This document shows positions 13,440 through 26,227 of a DNA stretch of 64,000 nt, in pieces (the stretch's first letter is position 1; each line of letters starts with the position of its first letter). The notes below the pieces were generated by a model, which had not been told where the DNA came from, made no database searches, and worked only from the letters and a program-made list of their open reading frames with translations. A program made the position numbers and the translations under genes. The DNA comes from Eledone cirrhosa. Taxonomy: Eukaryota. The DNA is taken from NCBI GenBank assembly GCA_964016885.1, contig OZ024747.1, positions 69,564,001 to 69,628,000 on the forward strand, in the 5' to 3' direction.

Positions 13440-13836
13440 ACATATACACACACATATATACATACATAAATATACATACACACACACATATATAATATAC
13501 ACATACATACTAAACACATACATATATACACATATATATATATAACACACACACATACATATCACCATCATCGTTTAACGACCTTACCGGGTTGATAAAA
13601 TAAAGTACCAGAATGTACTGAGTGTTTGCTGGCCTTGTGCCTTAAGTAGAAACAATTATATATACATGTATGTGTTTATATATATATGTATACACATACA
13701 TATATCACATATATTTATTTATTGCATAAATATATCCATTGAGATAAATTTAAGCATTGTCAGATACAAATTCGGATTTCAAGAATTCGCATATTTACAA
13801 ATATATAAATCACATATAATCAAAAATATATATATA

Positions 13837-14210
13837 TATAATAAAATAACAGGAGGCTGGACTTGTGTAAATCCTTGAAAGGTTTATTATACTATGATCA
13901 TTTTAATGACCGGGTTCCGTATGAATCCGATGATATCATCAGGTATTATATTTCGAATACCTGATGATATCACCGGATTCATACGGAACCCGGTCATTGA
14001 AATGATCATAGTATAATAAACCTTTCAAGGATTTACACAAGTCCAGCCTCCTGTTATTTTATTATAATATTTAACTCCGTACTCGCACCACCAACTACAA
14101 AAACGAAGACGGTTGAACTGCTTTACGTTGAGTACTCTCCATAATATTACATCAAGATTGACCATACGGAATTGACCAGCTCTATCCAGTGGTGAACCTT
14201 CAAATCCGAA
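13837..14210. mobile_element. Foldback mini-element (111-bp inverted arms, 8-nt spacer, ~145-bp extension), probable PLE pseudo-LTR remnant
   Basis: Arms 13837-13947 and 13956-14066 are near-perfect reverse complements; CTGATGA core at 13961; TTGAGTACT in the extension; (TA)n flanks. Confidence 0.75.
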
Positions 14211-14278
14211 TATATATATATATATATTTAAAATGCTGGCGGAACAACAAAAGGTTTATGAATACATGTATATATTTA

Positions 14279-14467
14279 ATTATTTCTACTTTTGGCACAA
14301 GGCCAGCAATTATCCCAGTACATTACTGGTACTTTATTTTATTGACCCCGTAATGATGAAAGGTAAGTTAACCTTGGCGGGATTTGAACTCAGATCATAA
14401 AGGGCCGTAACTCTATGCTGCAAAGCATGGCGCCCGACCCTCTACCGATACTGCCAATCCACCGCCT
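14279..14467 (-). mobile_element. tRNA-derived SINE family A
   Basis: Reverse complement of family A consensus. Confidence 0.9.
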
Positions 14468-14475
14468 TTGTATAT

Positions 14476-15866
14476 ATCATCATCATCATCATTGTTTAAC
14501 ATCCATCTTCCACGCTTGCATGGGTTTGGACGGGAGTTTTCCCACCTGAGGCAAGATTGGTTGTCCTGCTCGTATAGGACTCACTGGCGGGTTTTCTACG
14601 GCTGGATGCCCTTCCTAACACCAACCACATTTACAGTGTGGACTGGGAAGTTTTTACCGTGTTACCTACACGGCCACATTACAGCATGGACTGTGTGTTT
14701 TTTTTTTGTCATGACACCTACACGGCCTCATTTGTTTCGGACTGGATGTTGTGGTACCAACATAACTTCACATTTAAGGGGGTGGTGTGGATGGAGTGGG
14801 GGTAGTGTGACGGGGGGGTGTATTTTGTTTGAGGTGCCTACTGACTGAAGGTTTCGCTTTGTACTTAGGCAAGGCGGGTCTTCTGTATAACTGTATAGCG
14901 CCAAAGCTCTCGGTCCAGTGACATTGTCTTGGAGAGGTGTGAGGTCGGAATTTATCAAGTCGGCCCAGGTTTTTCTGGGTCTGCCTACTCCGTGGCTACC
15001 GTCTATTTTTATCGCCCTGCACTTTTTTATACAGCTGTCGTCTTTCATGCGCATCACGTGACCATACCAACGTAGTCTTCTCTCGAGTATACAACATCTG
15101 ATCCCTCTTATTCCTAATTTCTTCCTTAGTTCGTTTATGCTTTGCATTTCACGTATATTACTATTACACATCCAGCGGAGCATGCAAGCTTCGTTTCTCT
15201 CCAGTCTGCATATATCCTCTGCACACAATGCCCAGGTCTCACTGCCATGTAACATTGCTGTTCGTATGCAGGCATCTTACAGCCTGCCTTTCATTTTTAG
15301 AGAGAACCCTTTAGCGGCCAATAGTGGTATAAGCTCTCTGAACTTTTTCCATCCCGTTCTGACTCTAGCAACTGTACTTTCAGAGCACCCTCCCCCACTG
15401 CTGATTTTTTCACCCAGGTAACGGAAGCTGTCCACTATTTCTATAGAACCATCTGTGCAATGGAATGAGTTAGTATTCTGTGGGCACTTGCTGCTACTTA
15501 TTGCACCAGAGCACCGGCCACATATAAAATCTATATTTTTAGTTAGCTTACCTGTGATCCCACTACATCTTTTATGCACCCATACTTTGCATTTGGGACA
15601 TAAAATGGAGTTTCTACCTACTCCTTTCCTACACACTGAGCATGGCCATTTCCCAGATGGGACCGGTGCCCTATTTTCCTTCCTACAAACTAGAAGTTTA
15701 GTCTTAGACAAGTTAACTTTAAGGCCTTTTGATTCTAGGCCATGCTTCCATGTTTGGAATTTCTTCTCTAGTTCAGCCATTGATTCAGCTATGAGTGTTA
15801 GATCATCTGCATATAGGAGTTCCCATGGGCAGCCGGTCTTGAACTGTTATAGCCTGAAGGGCAATA
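14476..15866 (-). mobile_element. 5'-truncated RTE LINE (RT C-terminal half, PHD insert, 3' UTR), with an in-frame stop and small deletions
   Basis: ORFs 15277-15780 and 14728-15255 are in the same frame separated by TAA; nearly identical in protein to 32330-34135; LLYADDL at about 15800-15820. Confidence 0.95.
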
Positions 15867-16050
15867 TATATATTTACATGTATATATTTAATGGCTAACC
15901 ACTTGATTCAAATATTGCACAGTGAGAGTGGACATTGATGTTATGATATCGTGTATCAATCGATATTAGTCCATTAAAAATATATGTCAATATCAATCTC
16001 AGAGCCTAAACAATTTTTTTTAGAAAATTAATTCATAAATTAAATCATAA

Positions 16051-16115
<65 letters not shown>

Positions 16116-16220
16116 TTGTTTAATAATGTTTCATCAAATCTTAACTATAATAGAGAAAGGAGTGCGGGATTGCGTCCAGAATATATTTTTTGTAAAATAA
16201 GTTGGATTACTTTGAATAAA

Positions 16221-16409
16221 TAATTGTTTCTACTTTTGGCACAAGGCCATCAAATACCCAGTACATTACTGGTACTTTATTTTATCGACCCCGTAAGGAT
16301 GAAAGGCAAAGTTAACCTTGGCGGGATTTGAACTCAGACCGCAAAGGGACGTAACTATGCTGGAAAGCATGGCGTCCGACCCTCTACCGATACTGCGAAG
16401 CCACCGCCC
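16221..16409 (-). mobile_element. tRNA-derived SINE family A with probable target-site duplication
   Basis: Family A consensus; TTACTTTGAATAAATAAT present on both sides (about 16207 and 16411). Confidence 0.9.
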
Positions 16410-16865
16410 TTTACTTTGAATAAATAATGAATGAATATTACATAATTTATCTAAATTTCGTAATTCTTGATTAAATATAAATAATTGTGTTGCTTATTCT
16501 AAAATTCACTTCTTTAAAATTTTCAAGTGTCAACACTTCCGGTTAGCGATCGCTTATATAAACATTCATATATTTCCGTCACTAATTTTTTTCCTAATGC
16601 AGTTTATATATAATATCGTCTTTTTTTTTAATGTATCATGGATTACGTTACTGATTACATAAGACAGTGTAACACAGTCTTCGTTCAATTTCTGTGTATA
16701 TTGTCAATTACAATTTTATTTGATGTATCATATCTACATGTATATATACTTGCGTATAATATCAATAAGCACACTACACATGCTAGTATTATTAATGTTT
16801 GATATGGAATAAAATATAGAATAAAATGTGAACATTCGTGTTATCTCATACATAATATATTTAAC

Positions 16866-17061
16866 AAATTTAATATAGAAATGGCTTCTACAGGACTACA
16901 GCTGTTTCATTCGAAGGAAATCATCAAGTCTTTCCTGATGATTTCCTTTGAATAAAACATTTCTAGTACTGTAGAAGCCATTTCTATATCAAATTTATTG
17001 TATACACTCTACTAATGTATTGAGTACCTTACTTACTTGTGTTACCCTGATTAAATCCAAG
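16866..17061. mobile_element. Foldback mini-element (~60-bp imperfect arms) with degenerate hammerhead motif and extension, probable PLE pseudo-LTR remnant
   Basis: Arms 16866-16926 and 16936-16996; minus-strand GAC-TTGATGA-TTTCCTTCGAAT-GAAAC-AGCT-GTA-GTC; TTGAGTACC in the extension; related fragment at 2637-2688. Confidence 0.7.
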
Positions 17062-17234
17062 ACACACACACACAGATATATATTAATATTTTTTTATTTG
17101 CCTACTTGTTTCAAACATTAAATTGTTGCAACACTGCCTTCGGTATTGAATAGATTTTTTTCAAGTTTTTATTTCAAGTAGTTATTTTATCAATAACCAT
17201 TTGTCAAACAATAATCACAGACACTCATACACAC

Positions 17235-17402
17235 ATACACAACAGTCTTCTTCAGAGTTTCCATTTTCCAAATATCTCTCAAGAAATTGGCCACTTGGGA
17301 CAAATGTTGAAGATTCTTTCCTAACGTGAACACATTGTAACTGAAACTGAAACCACTTGATTAGCAAGCAAATTCCTTAACCACACAACCATGTGTATGC
17401 CT
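17235..17402 (-). mobile_element. Degenerate tRNA-derived SINE (family C)
   Basis: Minus strand reads TGGTTGTGTGGTTAAG..TTGCT..GGTTTCAGTT..GGAAACT..GAAGAAGAC(TG)n. Confidence 0.55.
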
Positions 17403-17603
17403 CATATTACATACACACATGTGCACACACACGCATATAGACAGACACACACACACACACATATATATAATATATATATATATATATATGCATTTATATA
17501 TATATATGTATATATGTGTAAATATATATGTGTAAATGAAGTAATTCCGTCGGAAATAAATAAATAAATAAATAATAAATATATATACATATATATATGC
17601 ATT

Positions 17604-17656
<53 letters not shown>

Positions 17657-19329
17657 ATGTATATATGTAGGTATGAATATATATATATATATATGTGATA
17701 TTAAACAATGAAAGAATCAGATAAAATGCAATAGTTAATTAATCCATGGAGGGATTAATTAATTAACTACTACATTTAGTCGTCTTCTTTCATTCAGAGT
17801 TATATAACAATATACATCTGACTGTAATTCTGATTACTCATTGACATGTAATGGGATAGAATCATTCCACAAAAATAGATTTGACTTTGCTTCTATGGGA
17901 TATTCACAACTATATTACATGGAGTTCTAAAACGGTTATAAATCCTACCTTGATTAGGTACAACGCTTTTGAGTATAAATAAATATATATATGTGTAAAT
18001 TAGGTAGTAATGTGTGCTTACGCCATATTTGACAAAATAAAATTAGTCTATTTGTTGGGATTTAAAAAACCCTCTGAACGGAAAAAAGGATGTGTATTGA
18101 TGTACATGGGTCACGAACCCACATCTTTGGTTTGCCAGATCAATGTATTACCATTACACCAACACACCACCCATACCTCCCTCCATTCAATTAGAAGTTA
18201 TGTAACTATAGCAGGTATATATATATATATAAATAGGGAAACACAAAGTAGGCTTTGTTTACAAACAGCTAGCAAATTTGAAAATTAGGTAGTAACATGT
18301 GCTTATGCTGTATTTGATTAAATAAAATTAGTCTGTTAGTTGGGATTTAAAAAAAACCTGGCAAACCAAAGATGTTCGTGTCCCAATACTCATTCTTTTT
18401 CCATTCAGAATAATTTTATAAGTAATATTATTAACTTTCTCCTTATTTAGATGGTATTTTGAACATAAATGTCTCATATAAAATGAAAATGGAAGCTTTT
18501 AACATAAATATAAATATACCTAATCAAATTAAATTTTCATTAGTAATTCACAATATTTAAAGTGATTATATTACATCCCCCAACTTGGTTAAATCCTTTT
18601 TCATGTGTAAATCTTACTGTTTGCTACTTTTGCCTATTACAGAAGCATGTTGCACTCATTGATCTAACTTGAAACCCAGACATCCTTAGTTAATATCAAT
18701 GATATTTGGCACCACTGAAGAGGGAGTACTACTATAACAAGGTGCCGAATTTCTGTAATGTCCAGTGAATAGCCAATGATTGGAATGCCCAACTGGGTAT
18801 GCTCATTGTACAATGTTGTAAGAGAACAAAGCAGAATATTGGTGGAGATAATGTATCAGAAATATCTAAAATAAATGGTAGCATTGAAATATACTGACAA
18901 GGATAAAAGAATAATTTCTGCTATTATTTATTTTGGTACTGATGAATGAAAGTTTAAGCAATATACAATGTAAGAAAAATTATGTAAGATATCAGTATTT
19001 GAATGAATCTGTTATTTGCATCACAACAAATATTTGTAAATAGATCAATCAATATTTTGTAATAAAATACTTTTTGCCATCAGAGTAATTAAAACATGAT
19101 GTGATAAATAATACATTTTTCAATACTGAAAAACAAGCATGGAAAAATGGACTTAAAAACGAAGATGTTAAATTCTAATATTTTCCATTTTAGAATTCCT
19201 TTTATAGTGTCATTTCAACCAATTGATTAGATCTATAAGAAATGTTTTAAATTTGATGTTAAGAACCTAAGAGGTCCCCCACAGTTACATCGACATTTGT
19301 AGTGAACATCAGCAGCAGGTTTGCAGCAA

Positions 19330-19545
19330 AAAATACAGAACAATCAGTTTAATTAGTCACCCCTGTAAAGTACTGTTGAACAAATTTAAAGAAAAGGCAG
19401 AAGAAATCCTTACAGAAGAACAGGCAGGCTTCAGGCCCAAAACAAGTACAATTGAGCAGATATTTAACATCACACTGCTAACCAAGAAAGGTCTGCAACA
19501 CCAATCTGACCTCTACCATAACTTCATTGATTTCAAAATGATTCC
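19330..19545 (+). mobile_element. RTE LINE RT relic
   Basis: YRTISLISHPCKVLL..EEQAGFRPKTSTIEQIFNI..LYHNFIDFK. Confidence 0.85.
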
Positions 19546-20759
19546 AAGGTGCAGCAATGGAATCTAGGTACTATTTCTAAAAGATACAAAAGGGTTTGTC
19601 CATCTATCCTTTCCAATCATCATAGTATCAAAAACTATACAGCAGAGATATAAAAAGAGAAACAGAACAAATAAGCACACAACACACAAGTACTACACAA
19701 ATCAATAATAAACATTTTTTTAATTATAAATTCGAATGTTCGCATCTTTATCATCAGTTGGATCCTATGTTCAAATTTGACTTTTCAGTAAGTGGAGGGT
19801 CTCAACTAACTCTTGTTAGGGTGTCTAATGGAATCAGTTTCTGTGTCTCAACTCAGCCTCTCAGGTGCTCTCATTATGTTGTGGGTTTAGAGTCTGGCGT
19901 TGTTTAATGTAGGGGAACTATTCTCTATAGAATAGCCTTGCTAGTGCCTCATCATTGCACCCAGAATTTTAATTAAATAAGTTTGCAGCCAGCATAGATA
20001 TTATGGTGTGCAGGGTTGTAGAACTAAATTTATGGAGGGAATAACAAGCGGATTGGATGGTTTGTTGATTTCACAAATAAGGAAAAAACAATTTTAAAGA
20101 CGGATATCAGTGCCTATTACATCTGATATCTGATTTCTGCTAGATAAAGACCTCAGTTTAGCTAGAAAAATAACCATCTTAACCAAACAGAAAATAGACA
20201 TCATTCTAGTCGCAAGATGTGCTGTGATTGCATTTGATGGACATTACTGGACTAGGAAGATATGGATTTTTTATAACTATGGGATAGAGCAATTCTGCTC
20301 AGGTTATGGATCTCGTTTTTGCCATGACAAAGCTAAACATCCTACAGAAAAGCAACTCCATTAGTTTTCCAACAAATCTTAAATTCTCCCTGGTGACTTT
20401 CATTTTTCTTTATGGGTGTGAGAGTAGGACCTTTACAGCTGACATGGAACAATGAATACAGGTGTTTCAGAAGGCTGCGATGCATCCCTTACACAGAGCT
20501 CAAAACAAACAACTTTGGCAGGCATCAATTCAACAATCGTGCTGGCAATCAGGAATCAGGATTTAACAAAGTTGGGGGATGTAATATAATCACTTTTAAT
20601 ATTGGAAATCAGAACTTTTAGCATTACTTTACTGGGGTGGCTAATTAAACTGATTGTTTTGTAATTCTGTGTGCAAACCTGCTACCTTTGTTCACCTCAA
20701 ACATTGCTGCAACTGTGGGATCTATTTAGTTTCATTACATCAAACTTAAAATGTGTGAC

Positions 20760-21730
20760 ACTTTTCTTATTGATCTTTTTAAGCTTGAGCTTCAGTGTCA
20801 TCAGAACCAAAACATCATCCCTGCTGATATCCAGAGCACAGAAGGTCAGAGTCTGACCTTATTGATACTGAACTTGAACATTTGAGATAAAAAGATTAAG
20901 TCAATTTGGTTATGAAACCTGTGATGGGTGTATGCCATGTTTTCTACATGTTTGTGCAGGGGAATAGTGTCTTAGCTAGAGTTAGCTTGTGGGTGCTAGC
21001 AAATACTAGGATTCAGAGTCTAATCTCAAATTGTCCCAATATTCCTGGCCATAGGCACCTGAGCCTACTTTACATTCCAGTTTCCTAAGACAATGAGGAC
21101 ATATTTTTTAGGAGCTGTTCTGATGATCATTTCTAGGTCCTTGTGAAACTCTTCAACAATATTATTATAGTATTTAAGCATATATTTCTATGATGGTAAT
21201 GTTTTGTGGTTCTGCAGCTATGCATATGCTGATGAGCCTGTTGGATACTGGTGTACAGCTGATGACTGAGCTCACTCTGGTATTTTTAGTGATGAACCAT
21301 ATTCTTGGTTGGTGCTTGATGTCATCTATACTATACCACATTTTGAAGCCTTTATCGATAGTTGTTTCACCAAATCCAGTTCACATGACTTCAACCAGTC
21401 CTTAGATATCCCCTGGCTATCTGGTAAGTTTATGTATAAATTATTTCATCCTTCCACATACATACATGATGTGGACGGTTTTCAATGTGAGTGCCATTGT
21501 CATCACAGTCACAAAATGGTCACAGTTACCCAGTGGAATGACACTGGAGAGAGCAGCCATTGCTTTTTTGGGCCTTGAAAGATCAAGCATGTTATTTTTT
21601 ACTTTGTCTATCATGGCATTTCAGTAGGCCCTAGAAATGCTTGGTGGTGCTCATCTCCTCACCAAGCACTCAGTCCCTCATTAAGTTTAGCTTACTAACA
21701 GAAGTGTTTACCAGGGTAGGGTTTAAAATG
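20760..21730 (-). mobile_element. Decayed RTE LINE 5' part (UTR and APE endonuclease)
   Basis: Minus-strand fragments TGFGETT..KMWYS, SSVISCTPVSNRLISICIAAEPQNITIIEIYA, EEFHKDLE..LIVLGNWN, HNQIDLI. Confidence 0.8.
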
Positions 21731-21784
21731 TCTCAGTCAAAATTGAGAGACAGGCAAGAACCAGTGTACTAAAAAGAATGGAAA

Positions 21785-22060
21785 ATAATATGCATATCTT
21801 TTTTAAGGCCTATCAATAAATATTGTAAATAACTGCACAAAAGCTAACTTCTTAGATCTAACCTTAGAATTAGACTCAGAGCTCTATAGATACTGTCACA
21901 AACCCATAAAGAATTTGAATTATGTGCAAAGAATGTCTAATCAGCTAAGGCTAAGGCACACTGTTATCTAGGATATCTAAGTTGTCTATAAATGAGTATA
22001 TATTTAACAAAAATGCAGCACTAGCAAGTTCAGGCAATTGAGAAAAGATCACCTCTGTAC
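21785..22060 (+). mobile_element. Decayed Penelope-like RT thumb fragment
   Basis: KANFLDLTLELDSELYRYCHKPIKNLNYVQRMSNQ..ISKLSINEYIFNKN, homologous to 60140-60330. Confidence 0.65.
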
Positions 22061-24255
22061 CTAAGGTATCAAACAACACCATATCCTAAAGCCACAACAT
22101 AGTGAGAAAACCTAAGGGGCTGTGTGTAAGCAGGAACTAACACCTTTGGGCACACTGACAAGAGTTGGTTGAAGGCTGCCACTCCCTGAAAAGTTATATC
22201 TGAATGCAGGTACCAATAGAAGACAAGAGGAAGAAACTTGAATACTGTAGAATTTTGGAACGACTCCTTAGAACTTTGAAATCAATATAATAGTAATTAT
22301 GAAAAAAGTCTGTCAAGTTTTATTTGTTTTTAGTATAGCTATGAATTGACAGTGAGTTGCTCCATTCTCATAAGATGACAAGGAAACATGTCTGTTACTT
22401 TGAAAAATACTCACATGTGAAGGTTTGAATATTTACTAGTCTAAGAATGTAAAAGTGAGTTGCCCAATTGTGATTGAACTATGAAAGATGGATATAAAGA
22501 AAAGAGTAAATGTTACAGAGTGAAATTGGATGAAACAACCAGAGGTGAAAAAAAACAACTAATGCAAGATCCACTACATTGAACCTGCCAAGAATATTTT
22601 GTCATACATCGTTGTACCAGTGCCTTCAGTCTACATTTCCACAGACGAGCAAAGTCTCATTGATGGAATTACTTCATAAAATGAAGAAAGTAAAAAAAAA
22701 AAAAAACCTTATCTGTCATCAAACTAAACTATGATTACTGGAGAGAGAGTGAGAGAGAGAGGGAGTGAGAAAGAAGAAGGGAGAGAGAGAGAAAGAGAAA
22801 AGGAGAGAAATATTTGAATAAAATATTTATATGTTCTTACTAACACTAATTGTTTAACTGAGAAACAAGAAATATATCACTTTATTTCTATGTTGATGTT
22901 ACACCATCATCATCAGCCAATAATATGAACAACAACATGAACAACAACAACAACAACTCATTTTGAAATATTTCAGAACTGTTTGTGTCATTAAACTAAT
23001 ATGGAGAAATTATAACTGAATCTAACATGGAGAAAGAGATGAAAGGAATATGATGATGTTAGTTATGTATGAAAGTGGAAATCTTAAACCAAGCTTTTAA
23101 TTCGTGTCATGCAGTAGATATAATATTCTTTGGTATTTCAATATTACTTGATTAGTAACCAGACCTATGAGGAAAATTAAACCTCAGTAGTGAAATAACC
23201 CAGAGCCTCTTCCTTTCATCTCAATGCACATGTAGAGAACTTACAGTTGAAGGTTTTATGAAGGTAATTACATTTATGTATATTATCTTACACATTAGCA
23301 TTTCATATCATTATTACAATTTAGCCAATTTCCTTGAACATTTTGCAAGAAAAAAACTGATAAGAGTTGCTGTTATTTTATTCATAGTAACATGAGGAAT
23401 TAAGCAAGGAATTATTTTATTTGTTCTAATTTGGGATGAAAGTAATAAAGCAAAGATTTAGTGTGTATTTGATCTCAAGAGGATTTGGGGAATGCTTTGC
23501 AAGTAAGACAGTTTGCTTGGAGGAGAAAAATAACAAAGGCTTGACCAATTTGGCCATCTGTTTGAAGATGGATTTTATTCTGCATTGACAGCCTGAAATG
23601 TTTTATAAAAGGGTTGTTGAATTAATGCTGACCATAAGAAAAGTGTCAAATTCTTACTCAACATGTTACCAATTTCAGTATAATGTCTGCTTGAAGACAT
23701 ATTGTTGCTGGTGGTAGTAGGAAACCATCACTGTTATTGTTTTAATAGATTTCAAATGTTATGACTAAGGGATCACTGATAAATTTTGCTAGTAATTCTT
23801 TTGTATACAGTTGCCAGCAGCAAACACAAAATGGTGCATGACTCACTGGAACCAAACTGTGTTTGTGTCAATACAAAGAGAATACCCACTAAGTAAAAAG
23901 ATGTCTTGTAATTGATCTTTTCACTGATCTTGTTTTTCAGAAGTTCTAAATATTGCCTTAGAGTCCAATATTCCAGAGTATTTAGGGAATAACGAATGTA
24001 ATTTTGTACTGAAATTGACATAAATTTCATTCAACTATATTAAACAAATGTGAAAGACAATTTTCGCGGAAAATAACATTTGAATAATTTCAATTATACT
24101 TTTGTTGTAAGTAAAATTAAGAAACAAATAATTCTAACGCACAATTTTTTTTATTATATATATGTGTATGTGTGTGTGTATATATATATAATTTTTTTCC
24201 GTTTCTGCCATTGCCCATCTCAATCTTTCTATTTCTTCTTTAATTTTTCATTCTA

Positions 24256-24292
24256 TTTTCTGATGATGGACTAACATTCGAAACGTTAAGAA
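24256..24292 (+). ncRNA. Minimal hammerhead ribozyme-like motif
   Basis: TTTT-CTGATGA-TGGA ctaaca TTC-GAAACGTTA-AGAA; palindromic AACGTT at stem III; inside a TA-flanked ~190-bp island. Confidence 0.45.
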
Positions 24293-24842
24293 GCTTTTCC
24301 TACTATATCAAACATAAAACCAATAATATATTTCTTCATTAACTGTGTCATTTGCTTTGTTATTTCTGTTTGCCTTGTATATATATACACAGTTAATAAA
24401 TTATATAAAAATTAATATAAAATATATGAACTATTACATAGAAGTTATATCAATTAATGTAACAACTATTGCATATATCTATAGGGAAGATGACATATGT
24501 GAGTATATTTGAAATAGACATGCTAGAATGGACAACTATGTCTCCATCACCTTTCTTTTTTGTGGTTAAAAGCTTCATAGGAGAATGCAAACCTGAAAAC
24601 TATGGCAATAAGTTGGCTCTTGTAGGTCTCTTTTATTGAAAAACTTAAATGAATGTCATTGATGTTGAGTATATTCCCATTCTGTACTAGCGTTGTAAAA
24701 TAACAAAAACGTTTTTAGAAACACAATTTGTATTTAATGTAACAACCATATGTACTATTACATATACCAAAGGCTAATTTAAATAATGTTTTCTGAACCC
24801 ATGCTAGCATAGAAGATAGACATTAAATGATGATGATGATGA

Positions 24843-25616
24843 ACAAGGTCAGCAATTTTAGAAGTGGGGAAAGTCGATTAGACCAATCCCAGTGCATTAC
24901 TGGTAATTTTATCGAACCCATATTGTGAAGGCATGTGGCTGAATGGTAAGAGAATTGGATTCGCAATCGTGAGGTTGTGAGTTCGATTCCTGGCCCGGGC
25001 GATGTGTTATGTCCTTGAGCAAGACACTTTATTTCATGTTGCTCCTTCTACCCGGAGTTGTGAGCTATAGATAGTATTAGCAATTGGAAAGACCAACGGA
25101 AACATTGTTTCCTTGGTCTGATTTGATGAAAGTCGATCGAGTGTCGATCGATGAAAGCAAAGCTAACCTCAACAGGGTTTGAACTCAGAAAGTAAAGGGA
25201 TTTAACTGTATGCTGCAAAGCATGTTGGCTGACGCTCTACCAATACTGCCAACCCCCTGTCAGTAATAATGATAATAATGGTTTCTGATTCAGGCACAAG
25301 GCTAGCAATTTTAGGGGAGGGGAAAGTCAATTAAATTGCCCCCAGTGTGTGACTGGTACTTTATTTTATTGACCTCGTAAGGATGAAAGTCAAAGCTGAC
25401 CTCTGTGGTATTTTGTACTCAAAACAATAATAATTGTTTCTACTTTTGGCACAAGGCCAGCAATTATCCCAGTACATTACTGGTACTTTATTTTATCGAC
25501 CCCGTAAGGATGAAGAGCAAAGTTAACCTTGGCGGGATTTGAACTCAGACCATAAAGGGCTGTAACTCTATGCTGCAAAGCATGGCGTCCGACCCTCTAC
25601 CGATACTGGCAATCCA
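24843..25616 (-). mobile_element. Tandem cluster of three family A SINEs, the first interrupted by a family B SINE
   Basis: Family A pieces at 24843-24920 plus 25151-25260, 25278-25422 and 25430-25616. Confidence 0.85.
24927..25060 (+). mobile_element. tRNA-derived SINE family B (nested)
   Basis: A-box TGGCTGAATGG, B-box GAGTTCGATTCC, CORE-like TGTCCTTGAGCAAGACACTTTATTTCA; related copies at 38710 and 45570. Confidence 0.8.
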
Positions 25617-26188
25617 ATAATAATAACAACAAATAAATGCAGTAATTATGTTAAAAATAAAAGATGTATAATGATAGACTATTGGTATTACTAATAGCAT
25701 GACTACCTTATACCTCGTTTAATATACATGTGATATATTTCTGTCGTTACTAGCAAATTCAAATAATATAAATAGTTTATTTGTTTGAGAAAGTTTTAAT
25801 ATATTTTCATAGTTGAAAAATATGTTTTTGATATTTTGGTTTCCTAAGTATAAACCTTTTAATTAGATAAATCATAGTTTTCAAAGTGTCTGTGTAACCA
25901 AAATGAATTAAAAGTGAAAATGATGGACATGAAGAGCATCATATACGTCTCAGAAATATTTAGAGTGCAATGAAATTGAAATTAGATGAGTTTGTGTCAT
26001 CTCGCAATAAAATCAAAGAAATGTGGTGCAACATAATATTAACATGTACTGATTGGATGCATTCTTTTGTGCTTTTCAATACTTCAAATTTCAATTGCTA
26101 CACATTCCAATTAAGTTTAGAAGTCCTCAGTTTGTACATGCATATTTATACATGTGCACATGAACACTGACACTTGTATCTCCCCCCC

Positions 26189-26224
<36 letters not shown>

Positions 26225-26227
<3 letters not shown>

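Noticed and set aside
23773-24030. 85-aa non-repetitive ORF
   Set aside because: No recognisable motif or supporting splice structure; length expected by chance
24927-25000. tRNA gene
   Set aside because: A and B boxes are followed by a SINE body and the cloverleaf is incomplete; it is a SINE head
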